A stretch of 64,000 nt of DNA from positions 54,808,001-54,872,000 of the forward strand of contig CM052828.1 in the NCBI GenBank assembly GCA_028534125.1, written 5' to 3'. Under the pieces are notes generated by a model. The model did no database searches, was not told the origin of the DNA, and saw nothing but the letters and a program-made list of their open reading frames with translations. The DNA comes from Lama glama (taxonomy: Eukaryota). Within the stretch, counting starts at the first letter, position 1. Each line of letters starts with the position of its first letter. Shown here in pieces: positions 49,819 to 61,020 of the stretch. Position numbers and translations under genes: made by a program.

Positions 49819-52610
49819 AGTTTTGGCAAGATAGGATGCGGAGACACAGTAGCTGGAGATTCAGATGCAGGTGAAGGCACCCACTGAGCCCTTCTGTTTG
49901 CTGCCTCTTCACCCGCTCCCTGGGCTCTCTGGTAAGCTCCTCTCAGATAAATCTCAGCTTCTTTTGCCTTCTGAGCTCTAAAGAGTTTGTTTGTCTCGTA
50001 CTTCCAGGTGGAAACTTAGGGTGTAAGAAACCCCAGATTTCCACACTGAGACTTAGTGGGCCACATCTGGGTTTGTGGCTGACCTCATCTAAAAGGTAAG
50101 CACCTCCGGGAGGTCCTTGCAAGTCTCAAGAACTGTGCGGAGGCAGCCAGAAACCGAAGTCTGGTTGAATTAGGGAGGATTATTTCAAGGGAGACTAATG
50201 AGTACCCCTCAATCTAAAGAAAGCAAGATGGCAGCCTTAGGGCATTCACAAAGCCCAGAGGTAAGTTCACACAATAAACCACAGAGGGATTTAGGGATAT
50301 AAATTAAGGCAAGAAATCCCAACTTTTCTGAACAACGGCACATCAAAGTCTAAGTAGCCACAAGTTGAACTCTTAAAAGTCATTAAGCTGTCTGCCACTA
50401 TAGAGAAATCTTCTCCTGAAAGGACTAATAGATCGATTGCTAACGGGACTCTTGGAAGCCAAAGCCACAATACTGGTGGGCATAGTTCAAGCACTTAAAA
50501 AGCTGTAGGAGCAACTGCCACCTGTACTAGGATAAGTTAATCACAGAATAGGTTAGTAGACACTAGGTCACCTACCAAACTCAAGAAAATTCCACACAAT
50601 GAGGTCTATTGCAAAACGCCACAAAATCCCCAGCCCAACAGTACATCCCTCTTACGTATTAATTTGGCTCCAAGAGACTGAAAGTTTAGCTAAAGAAACA
50701 GGATCCTCAAGTTTCAAGGAATTAAGCACATCACCTGCTTCCTTTACATCCCAGAAGCTGTAAATATCTACAAAAATGGCAAGTCTTACTAAGACAACTT
50801 GGAATTACAACAGCCATTATGGGGAATGTTCCAATTAGACAACTCACTTAAGTGCTCACTTAAGAAGTGCACTTAAAATTAAGGGTTCCCAAATCAAACA
50901 GAATGGGATACCCATTTTAATTGGCATGCGAACCCTCCAAAAGTCTTTAAGATTCCAAAATAGCTTCATTGAAAGATTCATTTCAAAAGGCTAATGAAAA
51001 ATTAAGGACACAAGAGTTACCTAAACTGAAGACTATAACACTATCAATAGTGACTTTTATTGTCCTTTACCTCAGTACTCACAGGTGACTAATCCTCTAT
51101 CTGAATTGCTTTTCCACTCTGAAGAAACTACACGACCATAAATAAATCAAATTGGTTATCTTACACATGCCCCTATACCTACCCTTGAAGGGTGGCCCCC
51201 AAATGGGCCCCTCTCAGGGTTAATGGGACTCCAAGGGATTCTCCAGTAAACCACCACCAGTTATTCCCTTAAGCAGCCAACAGGAAACTAAAGTTAAAAT
51301 TATAAAAACCCTTGCCAAGTTCTTGCAGATACCAGAGCCGCACTCTGTTTTAAATCCCACTTGCTCTGAAGCCGGTGGATGGGATTTTGAGAAAACTGGC
51401 AGATGCCCGAGAATTCTTACCAGAATCAGCTACTCGATCTGTCTGTAGTGCCCCGTTGAGACAGGAGGGGAAAAATCTCACGTTGTTCCTTCTTTTCCAG
51501 GACCCATTGGCTTCCCTTTGATCCTTTCTCTCCCAGGAAGTTATTGCCTTCTGGTTTGTCTCATATTGAGTTCTAAGAACTTGGCTTGGCAACCATCAGG
51601 CAGAGGGCCCTCAAAATACGGCCAGATGGAAATGTGAGTTGCACTCCATTTGCAGATAGTGATCGACCCATGGTTACTAGTGCTCAAGGGAAATGTCTAA
51701 GCCTTTCTTTTTTTGTCTATCCTTGGATGTGGCTCTGGATCTTGGGAGGGTAGTATCTTTTGCACATTCATTGGGGAAGGCCTCTTGAGTCCAACAGGTT
51801 GTTCAATACTGCCAGGAATACGTACTGTTTGTCTTGGCTGAAACCTGACAAGCTGATTTGATAAAAAATTGTTTTAAGTTGCTCTGCTGTGAGAAATTGG
51901 CCAGGTTAGAAGCTTACATTCAGAGCCTGATAGGAACTTTCTTTTTAGGTCTCCTCCCCTAAACTAAGTGAAACTGTGTATCCAGAAGGAAAGAAAAACC
52001 TTCCGAAACAGACAGCTCTAAATCTAGAACACATAAATCTTTTTTATTTTCATCTTAGTTGAAGATCTTCTCTGTAATCTAAAGAAACAAATACAAAATG
52101 TAGTTGCATGGGTGGTCAAACCTTTGATGTCACACAGGTTGCAACCCAATGCTCTGAGGAATTAAAAACTACTATCCTTGGCTCAGAACTTGAGTCTTTA
52201 CAAGAACAGAAATGCAGCTGCAGAAACAACTCAAAGCCCATCCACTGTTTTTACTAATCCCCAAACCTCCCCTGTGCCGGTGGATACTGTAAAATTCTGC
52301 ATTTGGGAAACATAAGTCCCTCTTGGAGGAATTAGCGTTCTTTCCCTGAGCCTTGAGATGGAAATATTCTACCCAGTCTTCTTTAGGAACTAATGTCCAG
52401 TTCTTTGAGAAGCAAACTTCAGCGGGGTAATTCTTATCATAAGGAGAAAAAAAAGTAAAAAGACTCTGGAAACTAGGCCAACAAAAAGTTCTTTATAAAA
52501 ACTTTACAGCCATCTGAGCAGGTAACCTTAACTCCATCTGCCAGAAACACAATTTGGTTCTGGCTGTTCTTTTATAAACTACTGAGTTTGTGTATTATAC
52601 TCTCAAAATA
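49819..52610 (+). mobile_element. Degenerate ERV1 internal region (MER4/MER34-group-like) with gag matrix relic; no 3' LTR seen
   Basis: At about 50700-50930 frameshifted pieces read GSSSFKELSTSPASF / KYLQKW / DNLELQQPLWGMFQLD, resembling the class I ERV matrix 'WPLWGTF' motif. 'ccagaaacacaatttgg...ttttataaactactgagttt' near 52550-52590 resembles MER34-group internal sequence. Confidence 0.7.
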
Positions 52611-53149
52611 GTCTTCTTCAATTTCTAAATTTACAGTGAAGCCTTCTTTTTAAAGATTAGAAAATGCTTGTGATTTTTCCCAAAAGTCCAAGATAACAGA
52701 AGGGAAAAACAAGCCAATGTAGGCAGACTCCCCTCTAAAAGAAAATGTTTAGAGACTGCAGGAAAAGACATCCGGGGAACGTAATGGCTATGAAGGATGC
52801 CATGTTTCAGCACCAACCACACAACTCTGTAAGACGCATGAAGAGATCTTGGTAGTCTCACCAGTAAAACACAACATGCTTCTTCAAGGCTCAAAGTCAT
52901 AAACTGTGCTTTGTCTACATAATTCAAAACCGGCTCATGGAACAGTCACTTCTCCACCGTGAAGGAGTTGCCACACCTCTAAAAGGTCGGTCATGATCCC
53001 TAAGGTAGCTCTCCATCTCAGACAGTCTCGGATTTTACACTACAACTTAAATATACTCAACGTAGTCCGGGAGAGATACAGGGAGGAAGGGGAAAGTTTA
53101 CTCAGAGTCCGGGTTGGATGGAGAGTTACAGATCCTCGGAACAGGACCT

Positions 53150-53990
53150 AGGGCTGACGTGGCATTAAGCTACTCAATGTCCTTGCGTTGCCGGCGAGGA
53201 AACTGAGGCCCAGAGAACTTCAGGAGGCCGCCAAAGGCCTTCCAGTAGCTAGTGCGGAAACCGAAGCCAAGCTGGGCTTGGGCGCATTCACCAGCAAGCT
53301 GGCTCCTTCCCCCTGACCAGAGCTTTTTCCTCTAAACTCGGGAGGACGACGGGTGGAAGAGGCCACCTGTGGGCTTGGACCAAACTCCCTCGCAGCCCTT
53401 CCGCCGTGGGACGTACGAGGGCACCCGCGTGGACACCGACCGGACTGGGGCCCGCAGACGCGCGCCGCGTCAGAAGCCGGCCGGCACGCGCGCCTAGTCG
53501 CGCGGACACCCCGGCTTCCGGCCACGTGGTTTCCATAGCAACGGCTGCGCCGACTGCCGGGCCCCAGAGACGCCCCGGGGTCAGAGGTCATCTCTGTGGC
53601 AACGGAAACGTCCCGCGCTACGGCGGCCCGGACGGACCTCTTCCGTCGCAATGCGTAGCTACCCCCAGACGCTTCCAGGAGGGGCGCGCGCTGCGGTGGT
53701 CCCGGGGGCTCTGGCCGTGGGTCGCCTGCGTGCCCTCTCTCTTCAGGGCTGCATCAGGCCGACTCCGAGCCCGGCTCCGGCCAGACTCCCGAGGGACCCG
53801 ACTCTGGGAGGCAGATCCGAGCCGCAGAGGTGTCCGGCTCGGGGTGGGCAGAAAACAGTTCACGACCCGCTCGCTGCCCCGGAAAGCGGGGGCGCTGCCC
53901 CCAATCGTGCCACCTGCCAGACTCGTCCCTGACTCTGTCTCCGTGGCCCCAGCGGCCCGGCCCCTGCGTCTTTGACAGTGGCTCCCGAGG
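53150..53990. promoter_or_regulatory. CpG-island promoter with RFX X-box, E-box and ETS motifs
   Basis: Abrupt GC/CpG enrichment. X-box GTTTCCATAGCAAC at 53529-53542; CACGTG at 53523-53528; CTTCCGG at about 53515-53521; second X-box-like ATCTCTGTGGCAAC at 53590-53603, followed by CGGAA. Confidence 0.85.
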
Positions 53991-56900
53991 GAGGATGCTG
54001 AGTAGCTGAGTGTGGCTGTGGGAAGTGCAGGGAGCCACCAAGTTTGCAGATGACTGCTTTAACAAGGAAAAGAGCACAATAGTTAGCGAGAGGGCACCTC
54101 CTTTCCAAGCAAGTGGGACTCCAGGCTGTTTAGGTGCTGTCACCTCAAGAACAAAACGTACCACTCAGGAGGGTCCCAGTGACCGTCCTCAGAGAAAGGA
54201 GTTCAGAAATGAAAAGAGGAACAATTCACATTCACTCAACTGTTTTGAGGAAGGCTTTCCTTTTTAAGGAGAAGAACGTTGAAGATCGGAAAAGAAAATG
54301 AAAGGGGCTCCTGCAGAGAGAATTAAATGGGGCCCTGACACTTGCTCTTTCAAGGCCAAGAGGGCCAGAAAGGGTGAATGCGATTGGCTCTTAGTCTTGT
54401 GTGTTTGAGGAAGGTCTCAAATTTTGCGGTTTAGCATGAGGGCATGATAAAATGTGGGCCTAGGGAAAGTTTGCAAACCAAGTTTCAGAATGCCCTGTTA
54501 TGGCAGATAAAGAGTGAAAAAACCACTAACAGCTTTTTTCCTCCTTTGTTTTATCATTTAGAAGCCACATTCTTGGTTGGCACTGTTGGAAAGTATTCGG
54601 TGAACTTAACCAAGTAAATTGTATGATACTGGCAGTTAGAGTCCCACAGTTAACTTTCTCAGAGCACCCTGTTTTTCACAATGAATTCATTTAATAAACT
54701 GTCCTGAAAACCTGCCATTTGTCACAACCCAAGTTTTTGTCAGGGGACAATGATAAAGGCAATTGTTAGGCGACTTTGTTGGATGGTGTTAATAGATTTG
54801 ATAAACAAAAACTTCGCTGTTCCCTGTGAAACATGTCTGCAGTATGCCTCATTTTTGCTTTCATGTTTAGGAAGGCCCTAAGAATTCCTCCTTTCAACTT
54901 CCCTTCCCATCATCATCCTACCTTTTACTTACGGCCAAAGCAGAAAATTAGTTTGTACCAACTAGAGAAATAAACAGGGAAAACATCAAGTCATACTTGG
55001 TCCTTGGTTCTTAAAAACAGAATAGCAAAAAAGTTAGTGTATCTCTGGAGGCATATGGAGGAACTGAGAAGTCTCCCTCAGACAATTCCCTGCCCTTCTC
55101 AGTTCAACTCTTATAATTAAATCTGGTACATGGTACACAAACCAAAACCCAAGAAACACCACGCAGACTATGGCACTGTTCTCCTGGAGGTGGTACTAAG
55201 TTGGGCTTAAAGATTTTACTAAGAATATAGACACAATGCAATGTCTCATTTAAAACTTAATAGAGGAGCTTCAAATAGACTGTTCAAACATCCCAACTGT
55301 TTCGCCTTAAGGCATAAGAAACTATTTTGAATAAATGCTTCCATTTTGAGAAATCCACATGATATTTATAGAAAGCTTATGAGTCAGTTGAGTGAGTTAT
55401 GATGCCAAGATGTGCAAAGGAGCAAAAACCTTGGTTGTTGTCCTTGTTACCACATGTATAAAAACACTTCACAAAAGCCCTCAGTGTTTGTGTTACGAAA
55501 ATATGGAAGACTGGGTTTGAACATTTTGAAAGGCATGGTTCCGCGTGGGAAATGTGAAATATAGAATTAGCTTTAGCACCTTCTGAAAGCAACGCATCAT
55601 TTGAACGACTGTTCCCAGTTACAGATGCTGCCTAAGATGAGAACAGGCTGGATATGGGTGCAATAAAGGGGATCTCCGTTATTAAAACCAAGTTTAGATT
55701 ATCACGCATTGGGCTTCCCACTTGTTAGCTTGGCTATAAATTCAAACAAACATAACGAACATGACACAAAAACCTCCACACTCCCAACAAGTCAGTACTG
55801 GGAAGCCTACTAAAATTCCATCCTTTGGTTCATGAAGTGCTACTGCCTGCACAACTCATTTTGCTACTTCAGTAGCTGAAGCCTGGATAGAGTCCAAGGC
55901 CAACTCATATTACATGGGCTCCCACTCTGAAGGCAAGCACATTAGAAGGAGAAGGACCTTACACCTGTCTGGTGATCCAGCCTTGCAGTCTGAATTTGGC
56001 GTCTCCATTTTATATATGTTCAGTGTTTAGAGTACAGCCCATTGGTGCCCAGCTGCAGCTCTTCAGGAACCCCTGATAAGTCAGCAGGTGGATGAGAAGG
56101 AGTGAAGAATGCTTACTCTTTTTTTTTTCTCCCTCTTCCTATTTTCTCATGGCTTTCTCAAAGCTATGCCCACCCTAGATGTAAAGCAAGTAGCTTTAAA
56201 AGAGTAACATATATTTAAATGAGTAACAGTGGCATACCAGATGTTTTTGGAGCCTAAACCAGCTTAGTCAAAGGCAAAAGCAGAGCTGAAAGACACCTCC
56301 CCCCAAAAAAAGTAGGAACTAGAAAGTGACAACGAGTTCTACCAAGCCCTGTTTGTGTTATCTCAGTTACATGGCAAAGAGGGAGACTGAGTCCAAAAAA
56401 GGAAACTCTCGGGGCCACAAGTTAGTGGGATTTTCAAAATGAGCGCTGCAGAACTAGGTCTAGGGCATCCACCTCATACCCTCCTGGCCGCTAATACTGG
56501 TACTCAGTAAAATTGCATCAGATTATAATTTATCTTAAATCTCTGCTTTCCAAAATCCATCAATCCATGGAAGTTTGTGTTGAGCAGCAGTACATATCTG
56601 AGGGTCTGTGACTTCCTTTGTTCATTGGCATGATATGACTAAAGAGACACCCATGAATTGACCTTAGTATTTATCTTTATCACCGACTTTTTTCCAACCA
56701 TACTTATTTCCTTAGCAGCTGTCACTCAAAGTTCAGTGGCCTAGATTATTTCCCAAACTGGTCTGTGATATAGGTGGGTCAGTCCAGACTACCAGTACTG
56801 GTTTAAAGAAACAGATCAGGCCCTCCTCCAGGCAAAAGAAGTGCCTTGGACTCAGTAGTGCCCGTTTAATGATCTTCCTAAAATACAGCCACCTTGCGTG

Positions 56901-58619
56901 ACTCATGCAGTGAAAGTTGAAGCAGGTAACATTTATTCTAAACATACAGCTATTGCTCTACTAGGAACATAGGGGGAAGTAGGACATTTAACTGTGTGTG
57001 TGTGTTCTCTGATAATAAATGCACTGTGAGACACTGGATGTTTTTATGAAGACAGTAAATTTACTTTCTAAGCTATTGCAATTTATTTTTAAAAGCATAT
57101 ATTGTGCAAATATATTCTTCATGCTCTTTCCCAGTTAAGTTTTACATAAAAACAACTGCCAAAAAAAGCTATTTAATCAACACTTATTTAAACACTAATT
57201 AATAACTTTTGGGTATATGAATAACTTTGCCCTTAAGTTCATGACTCTGTTATTTGCTTATTTCCACATCAACCTGATTATATAGCAGTGCTCTGAAATC
57301 CCTCTCAGGAACCCCTGACCAAATTGGCTGTACTTGTCAACAATTTAAAGAACTGGGAATGATTAGTAAATTCTTTTGTATCTTGCAAAGATTGGGGAGA
57401 AAAAAATAATCTAATAAGACGTCTTTACACCAAATTCATTATCCTAGTACTGGTACTTGGATGTATTCTGCCAAGCTTCTTAGTTTGAAACCAGTTAATT
57501 GTCCTCATTTTAGATTTAAGATAACATAATAGGTGGTAGTCAATCTGTTCTTTTTGGTTTTAACAGTTAAGAAGATTTTAGTCTTTGTTTTATTTTAATT
57601 ACCCAATTAACTTCTTAGTTATACTCCTATCTTGGGATCAGAAACATGCAAAGGATTTCAGGCTTCATGTTAACAGCAGAAGGAGAATGGAATTTACCCA
57701 CTACAATCCTGAAAGGGAATGGCTAAGTCTAGGTTTGATTCAGGCTTGGAAAGCAACACTTTTAGAAGGCGAGATAAACAGTGTGACATATTAATGTCCC
57801 ATTTTTAAAATAATTTACAAAATGCTCCAAATCCCAGGTTGGAACTCTAACCCTGGCAATCCAAGATTTAAACTACGCTCTTAGAATAGTTGAAGATGTT
57901 GTTAGACACGGTTTGAGTTAACCCATCGATTCACACCCCAGTACTTTAGCATTCATAAGCTGCAAAATAAATTGCTCTAAAAAATTGCTCATTTGTTTGA
58001 CACCTTCCAAAACTCCTCAGAAAGGAAAAAAATCTACTTTATTCCAGAGAGATGAAAGTGGGTGGGGTGGGGGAGGTGTAATGAAAGATCTTGAATCGTG
58101 TATGGGTGACAATTACTGTTTCCAGTAAAACTGTTTACAAAAAAATTTATAAAAAGCAGTAAGGAAACTTACTGTTCCCTGCTGAATTATTTCCCAGTCT
58201 CAAGTACTATGGAGCTACTGACTTCAAGGTCCCTAAACTGCCAAGTCTCAAGAAATACTTTTAGGGTATTCCCTTCTCAGAGGAAGCTAAATCGTTTCAC
58301 AGGTAGACACAAGGTTTCAAAAACCACTAATTTTACCGTGTGAGAGAGTACCCCCTCCTTTCTCAACAGCAGCCCTTGGCCTGTCCCACTTTGGGAAGTC
58401 TTGCAAAAAGGGCCTTCAGGCCAACTTGTGGGATAGTCGTGTCGCAGATCTAGGTATGACCGAGACATCAGCAAGTGTTGGCTTTGATGAAGGGTTGGGG
58501 TACACCTCACAGACGAATTGGAAATGTGGTTGGTAAGGCGACAACACTGCTTTCTCCTTGGGTAATTCTCAGGATGGTGGTATCATTTCAGAGTTGCTAA
58601 ACGCTAAGGAGTTAAGAGA

Positions 58620-60275
58620 GAGAACGGTAAAAAGGCCAGGGGACGGTGTTGGGGACGGGGATGGGGACGGGGGCGGGGCGGGGGCCAGCAGAGGGGGACA
58701 GGGAGAAAGCGGGTAGCGCTGGAGCACAGGGGTGAGAACTCCCGGACGGAGGCACAGAGCCCACTGCAGCAACGCGCCCGCGGGGAACCAGAGGCTACTC
58801 CCAGAGCCTCAACAGCCAGCCAGACGTCCCAGCTGAAGGCAACTGCCCAGGCGGCCGCCAGCACGCGAGCATCTGCCCTTTTGGACGGTCTAACAACTCG
58901 CAGTTTTCCTTCTGCCGCAGCAGCGGGGACCGCACAGGGTGCTCAGCCTCCACACCCACCGCCTCCATCCCCGCCCACCCATTCCTCCTCCTCCTCCTCT
59001 TCCTCCTCCTCCTCTCGCCCCCCTGCACCCGCAGGCGGCAGCTCCCCAGGAGCGCGCCGCCCAACTACGCTGCATTAGCAAGCTTCGGAGGCACGGAGGC
59101 AACAGCCACTTGCTGCCCGGCCTCTGGGGCTCCGGGTGCCAGCGCGGCCCCCGGCGGAGCTTGGGGTGTCAGGGCGCCCGCGGGGAGCCATGATCTACTA
59201 CACCGCAGTGCCAGCGTCAGGAGCCTCCGGCGCCCGGGCAGCCACTGCAGGACGGCCAGGGCCCCTCCCCCGCCCTCAACACGGCTCCAGACACAAACAC
59301 CCGGCCCGGGGCCCTCCCCGGCCTGAACCGAACCGGGGGACACCACACACCCCCGCTGCCAGCACGCGTGGCTCCTGGACCCGCTGCGCCCAGCCTCCTC
59401 GCTGGCGCGCCGCCGCCGCCACGCAGCCCTCCGGCCTGGCCTGCCGGGGTTGCTCTGCCACAGCTCCGCGGCTGCCCCCAAACGCCTCAGACCGGGATAC
59501 CGGGAAGTGAACCTCGGGGACCCGACTCCCCGAAATACCTGCATTTGCATTTCTTATGTAATGTACTGCAAGTTTCCCGGTTGGAGCCTTTGGGAATGGG
59601 GGCGCATGATCACCAGGAGGCTGAAGCACGGACCCAGGGCCAGGCTCATCCCACCCGTGGGACCCAGCCGCCGCGCTAGGACACTGCTTTTTGAAAGGAA
59701 GGTTTAAATTACATATATTAGAGAGACCGGGCTCGTCTTCTCGGTCTGGGGTTCCCTCCCGGCATGAGCCCTGCTCAAGTATTCCCAGTGGCAGGAGGTG
59801 TCGGAGGCAGACGGGGGAAGGAGTTACTCCGGCACCGAGAGCTAGACGGGGGCGGGAGGCGGGGGCTGACGGAGGAGCGGGGCCGCGAGGGAGGGGGCCT
59901 CTTTTACTTTGGTAAAGGTGGCAAATATTGTGCAAGCTAATCAAAAAGTCTAGAGCGGGTTCCCGGCACCGAGCCGCGTCCCCGAACCTGCAGCAGAAGT
60001 CAGGAGAGCTCGCGGTTCTTTCTCCTGGCAACTACCGAAGCTTCAGCTGCCTCGGGCCAAACCTTAAGCCATAGTCCTTCAATATTCCACCAAACATCGG
60101 CAAACAAACACATTTTAAAAAAAGAAAGAAAGAAAGAAAAAGTTTCCTCCTCCCTCCTAGTGATGGATTGTGTCACAGCCAAAAGCTGCCGATAATGATT
60201 TTCGGGCTCACGGACACGGATCCAGCTGTTACTTGTTTATCCATGCAACACCTCCATACACAACACCGTCCTGGG
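58620..60275. promoter_or_regulatory. Large CpG island (major promoter / alternative first-exon region), probably continuing to about 61550 across gaps
   Basis: Very high GC and CpG content, with GC boxes at about 58669-58684 and about 59848-59862. Minus-strand donor CAG|GTATTT near 59539. Confidence 0.85.
58983..59015. repeat. (TCC)5-TCT-(TCC)4-TCT homopyrimidine repeat
   Basis: Read directly; GGA repeats on the minus strand. Confidence 0.92.
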
Positions 60276-60949
60276 NNNNNNNNNNNNNNNNNNNNNNNNN
60301 NNNNNNNNNNNNNNNNNNNNNNNNNNNNNNNNNNNNNNNNNNNNNNNNNNNNNNNNNNNNNNNNNNNNNNNNNNNNNNNNNNNNNNNNNNNNNNNNNNNN
60401 NNNNNNNNNNNNNNNNNNNNNNNNNNNNNNNNNNNNNNNNNNNNNNNNNNNNNNNNNNNNNNNNNNNNNNNNNNNNNNNNNNNNNNNNNNNNNNNNNNNN
60501 NNNNNNNNNNNNNNNNNNNNNNNNNNNNNNNNNNNNNNNNNNNNNNNNNNNNNNNNNNNNNNNNNNNNNNNNNNNNNNNNNNNNNNNNNNNNNNNNNNNN
60601 NNNNNNNNNNNNNNNNNNNNNNNNNNNNNNNNNNNNNNNNNNNNNNNNNNNNNNNNNNNNNNNNNNNNNNNNNNNNNNNNNNNNNNNNNNNNNNNNNNNN
60701 NNNNNNNNNNNNNNNNNNNGGATTATTACCAAATGGTTGGCAAAAAAATCCTTTTTCAGCATGAAGCCAAACAAAAAGGCAAAGAAATCCCAACTGAGAC
60801 CAGAACTAATCAGGGAGAGCAGTAATGCACAAAAGATCCCCAGAGAGAAAATCATAGCCTTTTACTTGCTGGCTATGAGGATGGGTGGGTCTGCAGAAGG
60901 CAAAGCAGGATTCATCTCACTGAGAGAGGACTGCCATTGTGTAGTCCCT

Positions 60950-61020
60950 AGGAGAGAAGGAGAAAAAAAAAAGGGAAAAGAAAGAAAGAAAAAAAGAAAA
61001 AAAAGAAAAGAAAAGAAAAA
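60950..61020. repeat. 71-nt uninterrupted purine tract (polypyrimidine on the minus strand, ending in TAG)
   Basis: Only A/G from 60950 to 61020. Confidence 0.9.

Noticed and set aside
53220-54267. Overlapping 80-190 aa ORFs across the first CpG island
   Set aside because: They are Arg/Pro/Gly/Ala-rich, occur in several frames on both strands, and show no recognisable domain. This is the expected stop-codon depletion of GC-rich DNA.
58569-60031. Long ORFs (up to 251 aa; MIYYTAVP... with a good Kozak) in the second island
   Set aside because: Same GC-composition artefact, with no recognisable homology. A uORF cannot be excluded.
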